Positions 1 to 9,127 of a stretch of DNA of 64,000 bases are shown here, in pieces. Below the pieces are notes generated by a model. The model saw only the letters and a list, made by a program, of their open reading frames with translations. It was not told the origin of the DNA and made no database searches. The translations under genes and the position numbers were made by a program. Position 1 is the stretch's first letter; each line of letters opens with the position of its first letter. Origin of the DNA: Gaiellaceae bacterium (GTDB lineage: Bacteria; Actinomycetota; Thermoleophilia; Gaiellales; Gaiellaceae); the NCBI GenBank assembly GCA_048594925.1, contig JBMDXR010000077.1:48315-112314 (forward strand). The letters run 5' to 3'.

Positions 1-102
1 GAGTACGCGGGCGGCGACGATGGTTCCCGTGATGCCGCACGCGACGGCAACGTAGATCCATGCAGCCGTCGCCGACCGGCGTCGGAGAACCCGTGAGGAC
101 AT
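1..102 (-). CDS. partial CDS: N-terminus of a membrane-anchored protein continuing beyond the left window edge
   Basis: Reverse-strand ATG at 102..100 is the first start codon after an in-frame stop (154..156). Translation MSSRVLRRRSATAAWIYVAVACGITGTIVAARVL is a basic tail followed by a hydrophobic helix. Only 34 codons are visible and the function is unknown. Confidence 0.3.
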   Translation of the reverse strand, partial: MSSRVLRRRSATAAWIYVAVACGITGTIVAARVL

Positions 103-166
103 CGGCCAGCAAGTGTAGGTAGGCCGTCGCTGGGAACAGGCCGAGGCCGCGCCCTATAGTGGCGCG

Positions 167-1558
167 GTGGCGAAGCCGGCGGCCGAGAGCATCCGCGCGT
201 CGTCGCATGCTCGGGAGCTGATCGATCGCGAGGCGCCGGGAGCGCTCGTGCTCACGCTGGCGATTCCGTTCCTCTTCCTCCACGAGCGCTTCCAGCCCGA
301 GCTGCTGCTCACTGCCGGCTCGACGTCGGTCGAGATACGGCTCGCGGACTGGGCACTCCTCGCCGTGGTCGTGGTCGCGCTGATCTCCGCCCTTCGATCG
401 GGCGTCGCACCGCTCACGTCGGGGCGAGTCCTCTGGGTGCCCGGTGCTCTGCTCCTCGCCTGGCTAGCCTTCGAGGCCCTGCGCCCCGCGTCGCTCGACG
501 ACGAGCGCTTCGACACGCACCTGGTGAGCTACTTCAAGTTCGTCGAGTACGCATTGCTGGCCGTCGCGGTACCGCTGCTGGTACGGCGGACTCGCGACCT
601 GACGCTCGTGCTGTTCGGAGTCGTCGTGTGGAGCACAGTCGCGACTGCGGTCGCGGTCCTCCAGCTTCTCGGCGCCGACATCTTCGCGGCGGCGACCGCT
701 GGCTGGCGCTATCCGTCCTTCCTCGGCCGACACGACCTCGCGGCGCTCTCGGCGCTCAGCGCGAGCCTCGCCGCCGCGCGAATCGTCACCAGCCGCCGAG
801 ACGTCCCCTTCGCCGGGCTCTTCGCCCTGGTGGCCGTCGCCGGCCTGCTGGGGCTCGTCCTCGCCGGCTCGGTCGCCGCCGCAGGCGGCTTCGCGATCGG
901 CGCGCTCGGGCTCTGGCTCGCCTCCCGTGGTCGCTTCGCGCCCTCGAGACGCCAGTCGCTGGCGCTCGCGTCGATCGTCGCCGCAGTCGCGCTGGGGGTG
1001 GTCATGATCCGCAGCGAGGCGCTCGAGGACTTCCTGCGCTTCGTGGGCCTCCACGGCGACGAGTCGGCACAGGGGGTCGAGACCTACTCGCAGCGAACGG
1101 TGCTCGCCTACATCGGCCTTCGCATCTTTCAGGACAACCCGGTGGTCGGCGTCGGCTGGCTACGCTCCTCGCGCCCCGAGGTGTTCGAGCCGTACGTCGA
1201 CGATGCTCGCGCCCGGTTCCCCGACGTCGTCGACCTCGCATTTCCCGCCGAAGGTCGCGAGTGGGGCGTCCAGAACCTCTACGTGCAGATGCTCGCCGAC
1301 GCCGGCGTGATCGGCCTCGGGCTGCTGCTTCTCGTCGGGGCGGCCGGGGTGATCCTCGCTTGGCGAGCGGCCTCGCACGCGCCGAGAACCTGGGCCGCAG
1401 GCGCCGGGCTCCTCGCGATCTGCGGATTACTCACGCTCGGGGGCGAGTGGGCGTCGCTCGGCATCGTCGCGGGAATTCCCCTGCAGGCGGCGACCAGCCT
1501 GCTCCTCGGCATCGCAGCCGCCGGCGCAGCTGCCGCAGAGGAGGCCGCCGATGTCTGA
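167..1558 (+). CDS. O-antigen ligase / Wzy_C-family polytopic membrane protein
   Basis: 463-aa ORF from GTG 167 with many hydrophobic helices. The late motif WGVQNLYVQMLADAGVIGLGLLLLV is typical of the Wzy_C/O-antigen-ligase family. Polymerase versus ligase role cannot be resolved. Confidence 0.75.
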   Translation: MAKPAAESIRASSHARELIDREAPGALVLTLAIPFLFLHERFQPELLLTAGSTSVEIRLADWALLAVVVVALISALRSGVAPLTSGRVLWVPGALLLAWLAFEALRPASLDDERFDTHLVSYFKFVEYALLAVAVPLLVRRTRDLTLVLFGVVVWSTVATAVAVLQLLGADIFAAATAGWRYPSFLGRHDLAALSALSASLAAARIVTSRRDVPFAGLFALVAVAGLLGLVLAGSVAAAGGFAIGALGLWLASRGRFAPSRRQSLALASIVAAVALGVVMIRSEALEDFLRFVGLHGDESAQGVETYSQRTVLAYIGLRIFQDNPVVGVGWLRSSRPEVFEPYVDDARARFPDVVDLAFPAEGREWGVQNLYVQMLADAGVIGLGLLLLVGAAGVILAWRAASHAPRTWAAGAGLLAICGLLTLGGEWASLGIVAGIPLQAATSLLLGIAAAGAAAAEEAADV

Positions 1559-1591
1559 CCACTGCACGTCGGCTAGGGTGGCGCCGGCCTG

Positions 1592-2533
1592 ATGAGGGTC
1601 CTCGTCACCGGCGGCGCCGGGTTCATCGGCTCCAACCTCGTACGCGCGCTGCTCGCGCGCGGAGACGACGTCCGCGTGCTCGACAACTTCTCCACCGGCA
1701 GCCGCAGGAACCTCGCCGGGCTCGACCGTGACGTCGAGGTGGTCGAAGGAGAGCTCCGCAGCTACGAGCGCGTCCACAACGCCGTGCGCGGGACGGAGAT
1801 CGTGTTCCACCTCGGCGCGCTCGGATCAGTTCCGCGCTCGGTCCAGGACCCGCTGACCTCGAGCGCTGTCAACGTGGAGGGGACGCTCAACGTCCAGCTC
1901 GCCGCACGTGACGAGGGCGTCCGCCGCGTCGTCTTCGCGTCCTCGTCGTCCATCTACGGAAACCAGTTCGAGTTGCCGCTCCGCGAGTCGATGGCGCCGG
2001 ACCCCATCTCCCCGTACGGGGTTGCGAAACTCGCGGCCGAACGCTACTGCGTGAGCTTCAGTCGCGTCTACCACTCCTTCGAGACGGTCGTACTCCGCTA
2101 CTTCAACGTCTTCGGGCCGCGCCAGGATCCGACGTCGCAGTACGCGGCGGTCGTTCCGCTCTTCATCACCGCCATCGCCGCGGGTCAGCCGGTGACCATC
2201 TTCGACGACGGTGAGCAGTCTCGCGACTTCACGTACGTCGACAACGTCGTGGCCGCGAACCTGCTGGCAGCCGACGCCGAAGGAGCGAGCGGGCAGATCT
2301 TCAACATCTCCGGCGGCGCGCCGACGACGGTGAATGCCCTCGCCGAGATGATCGGGCGCCTCCTCGGAAAGCCGATCGAGCGCCGGCACCTACCTCCTCG
2401 CGCGGGTGACCTGCGGAACTCGTGGGCCGACGTCAGCGAGGCGAGGACGCTGCTCGGGTTCGACCCGCAGATCGATCTCGAGGAAGGTCTGAGACGGACC
2501 GCCGCCTTCTTGCTCGAAGAAAAGGAGAAGTGA
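1592..2533 (+). CDS. NAD-dependent epimerase/dehydratase, WbpP/Gne-like UDP-hexose(NAc) 4-epimerase family
   Basis: ATG 1592. Motifs: [16 protein letters not shown] Rossmann motif, YGVAKLAAE (YxxxK) and FNVFGPRQDP. This is the extended-SDR pattern. Confidence 0.85.
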   Translation: MRVLVTGGAGFIGSNLVRALLARGDDVRVLDNFSTGSRRNLAGLDRDVEVVEGELRSYERVHNAVRGTEIVFHLGALGSVPRSVQDPLTSSAVNVEGTLNVQLAARDEGVRRVVFASSSSIYGNQFELPLRESMAPDPISPYGVAKLAAERYCVSFSRVYHSFETVVLRYFNVFGPRQDPTSQYAAVVPLFITAIAAGQPVTIFDDGEQSRDFTYVDNVVAANLLAADAEGASGQIFNISGGAPTTVNALAEMIGRLLGKPIERRHLPPRAGDLRNSWADVSEARTLLGFDPQIDLEEGLRRTAAFLLEEKEK

Positions 2534-2937
2534 TGCCACGCTATGTGTTCGGATCGATCGACGAGCTCGGGGAGGGGTACGGCTTTCGCAAGGTGCGTAA
2601 GGCGCTCGGTGTCACCGCTTTCGGGGTCAACGCGATCGTCATGCCCCCCGGGTACGAGGGGTTCCACCACTTCCACGACACGCAGGACGAGCTCTACTTC
2701 GTCCACTCGGGCAGGGCGCGCGTCGAGGTGGAGGGGGACGAGCGGATCCTCGAGCCCGGCGGGCTTCTCCACGTCGAGTCGACCACGCCGAGGAAGGTGT
2801 CGAACGCGAGCGACACGGACGACCTGGTGCTGCTCGTGATCGGCGGCAAGGGCGGCTACGTCGAGCGCGACGGGCACATGGTCGACGAGGCCGACGTGTC
2901 CCGGCGCGCTGCATTCGGCTCGGGAACTACGGCCTGA
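2533..2937 (+). CDS. cupin-domain protein
   Basis: ATG 2533 overlaps the epimerase stop (TGATG) and is preceded by AAGGAG. HHFHDTQDELYFVHSG matches the cupin His/His/Glu metal motif. The ORF-track start at 2422 is a run-through extension. Confidence 0.7.
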   Translation: MPRYVFGSIDELGEGYGFRKVRKALGVTAFGVNAIVMPPGYEGFHHFHDTQDELYFVHSGRARVEVEGDERILEPGGLLHVESTTPRKVSNASDTDDLVLLVIGGKGGYVERDGHMVDEADVSRRAAFGSGTTA

Positions 2938-3537
2938 GGGCGCTGAAGACCAGGTCACGCGCGAGAAGCCGCGCGTGCAACCGTGCATAGCGGCCGCCGA
3001 CGTATCTCAGCTGCACACCGTCGAAGCCTCGCAGGAGCGCGCGCAGCGCGGCGGGGGAGAACATGCGCAGGTGGGTCGGGTCGTCCTCGGGGGCGCGGCC
3101 GCCCAGGAACCGGAGCCGGCTCTGGAGACGGAAGGCGTTGGGGACCGAGCCCACGAGGACACCGCCCGGACGCAGGACGCGCCGGATCTCCACCACGAGC
3201 GCGTCGGGGAACTGCAGATGCTCGAAGAGCTCGCCGGCGACGACCGCGTCGAAGCTCGCGTCCTCGAACGGGAGCGGCTCCTCGACGTTGGCCTCCACGG
3301 GCTCTATTCCGAGCGCGGCCGCCTTCTCGAGCGCTGCCGCGTCGATGTCCAGCCCCACGACGGAGTTGCCCTCGAGGAAGTGCCGCGTCAGTGCGCCCGA
3401 GCGGCAGCCGAGATCGAGCACCCGCTTCCCACGGCCGATCGCGGCCTGGAACAACGGTATGCGCTCGGGGACGAAGACGAAGTCCCCTTCTTCACGCCGC
3501 TCGCGGTGATGCTGTTCGTAGCGGTCGCCGAGCGAGC

Positions 3538-3541
<4 letters not shown>
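2927..3541 (-). CDS. class I SAM-dependent methyltransferase
   Basis: GTG 3541 lies in a GTGA overlap with the upstream gene. [12 protein letters not shown] is motif I, and [14 protein letters not shown] is also present. The 3' end overlaps the convergent cupin gene by 11 nt. Confidence 0.8.
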
Positions 3542-4482
<941 letters not shown>

Positions 4483-4762
4483 CTGTCGGATGGTAGACGC
4501 GTACGGCGAGGTCGCCGTCCAGTACGCCGCTCTCTGCGCGAACCCTCTAGACGGTTGCTGCCACGAGATCGCCATCTCCGGGGCGTGAGCTGGCCGCTCC
4601 GGGGCACGACGGGAGAGCGGTGGCGATGCCGGACGCCTGGGCGCCGCTCCCCCGTCGCGAAGCGCACGCCCGACGCCAGGCCGCTATGCGGCCTGCGTCC
4701 GGGCGGTAGCGGCCCGGACGCGCCAGATCGCGCATCCGGACGCGCGAGATCGTGGCAGCAAC
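4483..4762. promoter_or_regulatory. divergent intergenic region expected to hold promoters for both flanking genes
   Basis: 280-bp non-coding gap between the divergently oriented starts 4482 (-) and 4763 (+). This is one of only two gaps over 250 bp in the window. No specific -10/-35 elements could be assigned. Confidence 0.35.
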
Positions 4763-5359
4763 ATGGCGGAGATGGAGTGGAACCCGGATCTCTACCTCCG
4801 CGAGATCAGGGTCGTGATTCCACGCTTCGACGACTTTCAGGACGCCGTCGCTGCGGCCACGCTCGGAGTCGAGGCGCGCGTCGTTCTCGAGCTCGGGGTG
4901 GGGACCGGCGAGACGACACACCGCGTGCGCGCACTGCATCCGAGTGCGTCCTGGATCGGAATCGACGCGAGTGAGCCGATGCTCCGGCGAGCCCGAGAAG
5001 CGTTCCCCGACGCCGACCTGCGCATCGCCCGTCTCGAGGAGCCTCTCCCGGACGGGCCGTTCGACCTGGTGGTCTCGGCGCTCGCGGTCCATCACTTGCG
5101 CCCGGACCACAAGCGCGACCTCTTTCGGCGCGTCGCCGCATCGCTTCGTCCCGGCGGCTGTTTCGACCTCGGCGATGTCGTCGTTCCCGAGCGCGCCGAG
5201 GACGCGCAGATCGAGATCGACTGGATCGTCGACCTGCCCGATCGCGCCGACGACCAGGTGGCGTGGCTGCGCGCTTGCGGGTTCGAAGCTGGCGTCGTCT
5301 GGGCCGATCGCGACCTGGCCGTGATCCGGGGGACCCAGCGGCGCGTCGAGGCGATCTGA
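4763..5359 (+). CDS. class I SAM-dependent methyltransferase
   Basis: ATG 4763, 198 aa. Motifs: VLELGVGTGETT (motif I), FDLVVSALAVHHL and LRPGGCF. Confidence 0.75.
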   Translation: MAEMEWNPDLYLREIRVVIPRFDDFQDAVAAATLGVEARVVLELGVGTGETTHRVRALHPSASWIGIDASEPMLRRAREAFPDADLRIARLEEPLPDGPFDLVVSALAVHHLRPDHKRDLFRRVAASLRPGGCFDLGDVVVPERAEDAQIEIDWIVDLPDRADDQVAWLRACGFEAGVVWADRDLAVIRGTQRRVEAI

Positions 5360-5687
5360 GCACCCGGCGCGCCACTGCGCTCAGCAGGTCTGGTGCTCGA
5401 GCGTGACGGAGCTCGTCGGCGAGCGGTTACCCGCGCTGTTCACCGCCTGCGCATGAGCGCCGGTTGCCGGTGCCAGCGTTCGTACGTACGGACGGCGGAC
5501 GCCGAACGGTTTGTGCGACGACGGGGCTCGGAGCTAGCCGACGTCGGCGACGAGGCTAGAAGGGCCGAGACGCCCAGGGGAGGCTGCAAGAAGCGACACC
5601 CCCCTCAGGGTCGCCGTCAGTCGCGTCCCGGCCCCCGTGCAGTGAGCATATGCGGCCACCGCGGCCTCGACAAGGCGTCGATCTGTC

Positions 5688-5873
5688 CTAGCCCGCGGTC
5701 GAGCTCTCTTCGTCGTAGGCCCCAGCGGCCACCATCTCGCGAATCTGCTCGTCGCTCATCTCTTGGTGATACCCGTCGCGGTGCTGGCGAATCTGATCGA
5801 CCAGCACCTCGTCGTCCTCTGCGCTGAAGTGGACGTCCTCGTGGCTCTCGTGTGAGCAGTCGAATGCGCGCAT
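5688..5873 (-). CDS. small acidic Cys/His-containing hypothetical protein (faint DUF1059-like resemblance)
   Basis: Internal ATG 5873 is preceded by the SD-like sequence GAGAAAGGACGGGGGA. The 61-aa product begins MRAFDCSHESHEDVHF. The longer ORF-track version (to 6104) overlaps the next gene out of frame. Confidence 0.4.
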   Translation of the reverse strand: MRAFDCSHESHEDVHFSAEDDEVLVDQIRQHRDGYHQEMSDEQIREMVAAGAYDEESSTAG

Positions 5874-5979
5874 TCCCCCGTCCTTTCTCGTGGACGATCG
5901 CTCAGCGGATACCCGCATGCCCGCGCAGTCAACCTCGAGCGCGCGACCGTGACGTGCTCCAGAGCAGGGTCGGCGGCGC

Positions 5980-6312
5980 TCAGCGAAAGTCTTCGTCGAG
6001 GACGACCTCGTAGATCTGGACACCGGTCCGCTTCGGACCGCCTTCGGGCGGAGACATCTCGTTGAGCGCCTCGTCGGCCCGTCGCATGGCGTCCTCCGTC
6101 TCACAGAAAGCGATCCCGACGGACGCCCCGCTCTGGCGATCGACCAGCTCCATGAAGCGGACGACGGTGTCCATCAACGTGCGCACCTGGGGTGGCGCAT
6201 CAGAGGGCAAGTCGCCCGACCTCGAAGCCGTCATCTGCTCCTTCATCTCGGCGACCTGTTCGTCGATAAGGCTCGGGTCGCCGCCTTCGAAGGTCGCTAC
6301 TCGCGCGTACAT
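5980..6312 (-). CDS. hypothetical small cytoplasmic protein
   Basis: ATG 6312 is preceded by a strong GGAGGGAGG Shine-Dalgarno sequence. The 110-aa product is acidic with normal composition. No family was recognised with confidence. Confidence 0.6.
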   Translation of the reverse strand: MYARVATFEGGDPSLIDEQVAEMKEQMTASRSGDLPSDAPPQVRTLMDTVVRFMELVDRQSGASVGIAFCETEDAMRRADEALNEMSPPEGGPKRTGVQIYEVVLDEDFR

Positions 6313-6355
6313 GATCGTCCTCCCTCCGCTCGTGGCTCGGCCTCCAGCCTACGCC

Positions 6356-7297
6356 TCAGCGGAGGTCCTTGTTCGCCTCCATGTCGAACCACATCGCGAA
6401 CAGCGTCATCTGCAGGCCGGCGATGAGCAGGACGGCCACGAGCACGATCGTGGCCGGCGTGATCGCGTTGCCGGCCAGGCGCAGGACGAGCTCGATCAGC
6501 CCGAGCACGAAGCCGACCGAGAGCATGAGCAGGCCGAAGACGTAGAAGAAGACGAGCGGGTGGAAGTCGCGGATCACGTACTTCTGCCCCATGCGCCACC
6601 AGAAGCCCTTGAACAGCAGCCAGGAGATGCGCGGCACGACGGAACGCAGCTTGATTCCGGAACGCTCTCCCACGTCGTATATCGGCCGCGAGGGCACGTC
6701 GCGCACGCGCGCGTTCTCGACGTTCAGGTGAACGAGCACGTCGTTCGGGAACCCGTAGCGCGGGTAGAGCCGGCCGAGATCGAGGCGCCGGAGAGCGTCG
6801 AGCGAGAGAGCCGTGTAGCCCGCCTGCGAGTCCGCTACGTGCCAGTACCCGGACGCGATCTTCGTCAGCAGCGAGAGCACCGCGTTCCCGAGGTAGCGGG
6901 CGCGCGGAATGACCTTCCACGCCTCGCCGGAGACGAGACGGTTGGCCTTCGCGTACGCGACCTCGCCACGTGCGACCGGCTCGGCGAGCCCTTTTAGCTC
7001 CGTGGGGTCCATCTGGTTGTCTGCAGCCATCACGCACACCACGTCGACCTGCTCCGCGAGCGCCTGGCCGTATCCCGTCGCGATCGCGGCGCCGACTCCC
7101 AGGTTCCGCTCGTGCCGGATGAGCTGCACCCGCGGGTCCGCCAGGTCCGCGGTGACTGCGGCCGTTCGATCGCGCGACCCGTCGTCGACGACGTAGATCC
7201 GGTCGACGAACCCCGGGATCCCGCGGATCGTCTCGACGACGAGCTGCTCCTCGTCGAATGCGGGCACGACAACGGCGACCCGCTTGCCCTCGAGCAT
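6356..7297 (-). CDS. GT2 polyprenyl-phosphate glycosyltransferase (DPM1/GtrB/ArnC-like) with C-terminal TM helices
   Basis: ATG 7297. Motifs: VAVVVPAFDEE, YVVDDGSRDRT and VMAADNQMDP. Two C-terminal hydrophobic helices are present (FFYVFGLLMLSVGFVLGLI and IVLVAVLLIAGLQMTLF). Confidence 0.85.
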   Translation of the reverse strand: MLEGKRVAVVVPAFDEEQLVVETIRGIPGFVDRIYVVDDGSRDRTAAVTADLADPRVQLIRHERNLGVGAAIATGYGQALAEQVDVVCVMAADNQMDPTELKGLAEPVARGEVAYAKANRLVSGEAWKVIPRARYLGNAVLSLLTKIASGYWHVADSQAGYTALSLDALRRLDLGRLYPRYGFPNDVLVHLNVENARVRDVPSRPIYDVGERSGIKLRSVVPRISWLLFKGFWWRMGQKYVIRDFHPLVFFYVFGLLMLSVGFVLGLIELVLRLAGNAITPATIVLVAVLLIAGLQMTLFAMWFDMEANKDLR

Positions 7298-8202
7298 CAG
7301 CCCGAGGTCTGGTCGGCTCCGCGCCGCCGCGTGGCGATCGGATCGACGATCAGCGCGGCGATCGCCCCGATCAGGAGCCCGATCAGCGCTCCGACGAGGA
7401 GGGAGGTGCGGCTCGAGCGTGCGGTCGTCTTGCTCGCGGCCGCGGGCTCAACCACGCGGCTCTTCTCAACGTTCTCGGCGAGATTCAGCAGCTGGCGTGC
7501 GTCGACGAGGTCGTCCTGGAGCGCCGATCGCCTCGCGTCCGCCGTCGTGATCACCGCGTTCAGGTTCTGGCTGAGGAGCAGCTTCTCGACCGGCGCGAGC
7601 GTTTGGTTCTGGGCGAGCTCGTCCTGCTGCTCCTGCGCCGCGGTGATCCGGGCTTCGACCGCGGCGAGCTGAGCCTCCGCGACCTCGACCTGGTTCGCGA
7701 GGAGGTCGATCTTCTCGGTGACGTAGGCCGAGACGCGCTCGGTCACCCGTTCGGCGAGCGCGTCGGCGGCGAGCGCGACCTTGCGCGTACCCGATCCTTT
7801 CACCGTGATCTCGATCAGCGGATTGATCCCGCGCAGCTGTCCGGCCGCAAGCAGCTCACGCGTCGCGATCGAGGAGCGGAGCTGCGAAACGGGTATGCCG
7901 CTCGCGTCCGACGCCGCCTCCAGCGCGGCCTCCGAGCGGATGATGTCGCCCACCGTGCGCGGGTTGGTCGCCAGGCTCTGGATCTGGCCGCCGCCGAGCG
8001 GCGCGAACGGCTGCCCGAGGTAGACGATCGTCTGCGCGCGCCAGACCGAGCCGCCCGCGACCGCGAGCGCGATCCCCACGAGGGCGCCGACGACGAGACC
8101 GCCGACGGGCAGCCACCAGCGCAGCTTGAGGCGCTGCCAGCCGGAGGAGAGGTCGACTTCCCGCTCGTCGTCGAGCCCGGGAGCCGCGGAGGGGGCGGTC
8201 AT
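7297..8202 (-). CDS. Wzz-like polysaccharide co-polymerase (chain-length determinant), no kinase domain
   Basis: ATG 8202 lies in an ATGA overlap. There is an N-terminal TM (WWLPVGGLVVGALVGIALAV), a long Ala/Glu/Gln-rich helical region and a C-terminal TM (LLVGALIGLLIGAIAALIV). Confidence 0.75.
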   Translation of the reverse strand: MTAPSAAPGLDDEREVDLSSGWQRLKLRWWLPVGGLVVGALVGIALAVAGGSVWRAQTIVYLGQPFAPLGGGQIQSLATNPRTVGDIIRSEAALEAASDASGIPVSQLRSSIATRELLAAGQLRGINPLIEITVKGSGTRKVALAADALAERVTERVSAYVTEKIDLLANQVEVAEAQLAAVEARITAAQEQQDELAQNQTLAPVEKLLLSQNLNAVITTADARRSALQDDLVDARQLLNLAENVEKSRVVEPAAASKTTARSSRTSLLVGALIGLLIGAIAALIVDPIATRRRGADQTSG

Positions 8203-9116
8203 CGGGCCGCGACCCTATCAGCGGCCCAGCGCCACTGAGCGGCGAGGCCCTCCTCGAACGGCGTCACGGGCTCCCAGCCGAGCTCTGCGCGGATGCGGGT
8301 GGTGTCTGCGGCAGTTCGTGCAGCGTCGCCCTCTCGTCGCGGCCGGCGCACGACCTCGAGCCTGCGCCCGGCGATCCTCCCGAGCGTCTCGATCGCCTCG
8401 AGCATCGACACCTCGGTCCCACCGCCGACGTTGAACGTCGAGCCAGCTGCACCCCGCTCCATGGCCGCGATCGTCGCCTCCACGGCGTCGTCGACGTACG
8501 TGAAGCTGCGCGACTGCGTGCCGTCACCGAAGAGCTCGAACGGCCGCCCCTCCGCGAGACAGGACGTCATCTGCGTGAACGCCATGTCGGGCCGCTGGCG
8601 CGGCCCGTAGATCGTGAAGTACCTCACCGTCACGACCTCGAGCCCGAACTCCGACCCGTACGCTCGAGCGAGATGCTCGCACGCGAGCTTCGTGATCCCG
8701 TACGGCGCGAGCGGGCGGGGAGTCGTGTCCTCGGGAGTCGGATAGGCGGCTGCGTCGCCGTAGACGGAGGACGACGACGCCAGGACGGTCCGAACACCGG
8801 CAGCCGCCGCTACCTCGAACAGACGCTGGCTCGCAAGGATGTTCTGACGTACGTAGATCGGAAAGACGCCACCGAAGCTCGCCACACCGGGTTGACCGGC
8901 GAGGTGGAAGACGCCGTCGAGCCCATCCAGGTCGAGCGTCTCCTGGACGAGGTCCACCCGCGCGAGGGGGAGATCGCGGGCATTCTCCTCCTTCAGCTCC
9001 GGGTCGTAGTAGTCGGTGAACGCGTCCCAGCCCGTCGCGTCGTGCCCACGCTCGAGAAGCGCACGGAGGAGCTGAGAGCCGATGAAGCCGGCCGCACCGG
9101 TCACGAGGTAGCGCAT
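8199..9116 (-). CDS. NAD-dependent epimerase, UDP-glucuronate 4-epimerase-like
   Basis: Internal ATG 9116 gives MRYLVTGAAGFIGSQL. Further motifs are YGITKLACE and IYGPRQRPDMAF, which is close to the uronate 4-epimerase YGPWGRPDMA motif. The ORF-track N-terminus is an Arg-rich run-through. Confidence 0.8.
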   Translation of the reverse strand: MRYLVTGAAGFIGSQLLRALLERGHDATGWDAFTDYYDPELKEENARDLPLARVDLVQETLDLDGLDGVFHLAGQPGVASFGGVFPIYVRQNILASQRLFEVAAAAGVRTVLASSSSVYGDAAAYPTPEDTTPRPLAPYGITKLACEHLARAYGSEFGLEVVTVRYFTIYGPRQRPDMAFTQMTSCLAEGRPFELFGDGTQSRSFTYVDDAVEATIAAMERGAAGSTFNVGGGTEVSMLEAIETLGRIAGRRLEVVRRPRREGDAARTAADTTRIRAELGWEPVTPFEEGLAAQWRWAADRVAAR

Positions 9117-9127
9117 GGCCCGGAAAT

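Noticed and set aside
2456-2466. tRNA T-loop-like string GGGTTCGACCC, noticed while scanning for RNA genes. A similar GTTCGAAGC lies near 5281.
   Set aside because: Both lie inside well-supported coding sequences. They have no acceptor or anticodon stem context. No tRNA, rRNA or riboswitch-like structure could be supported anywhere in the window.
5356-5398. Two mutually exclusive short hairpins just after the methyltransferase stop: CTGAGC...GCTCAG, and GAGCACC...GGTGCTC with a 27-nt loop.
   Set aside because: The stems are only 6-7 bp with large loops and no U-tract. That is too weak to call a terminator or attenuator.
5537-5548. Perfect 12-bp palindrome GCCGACGTCGGC in the 328-bp non-coding gap 5360-5687.
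   Set aside because: Perfect 12-mer palindromes are expected more than ten times by chance in 64 kb (order 64000/4^6). That is especially true for GC-rich ones. There is no flanking context such as a start site or repeat copies.
5393-5827. 144-aa plus-strand ORF that covers most of the largest non-coding gap.
   Set aside because: The product is Arg-rich and low-complexity, with no SD or motifs. Its 3' part runs antisense through the small gene 5688-5873. The gap is better treated as non-coding, probably holding termination signals for the minus-strand operon and the plus-strand methyltransferase.
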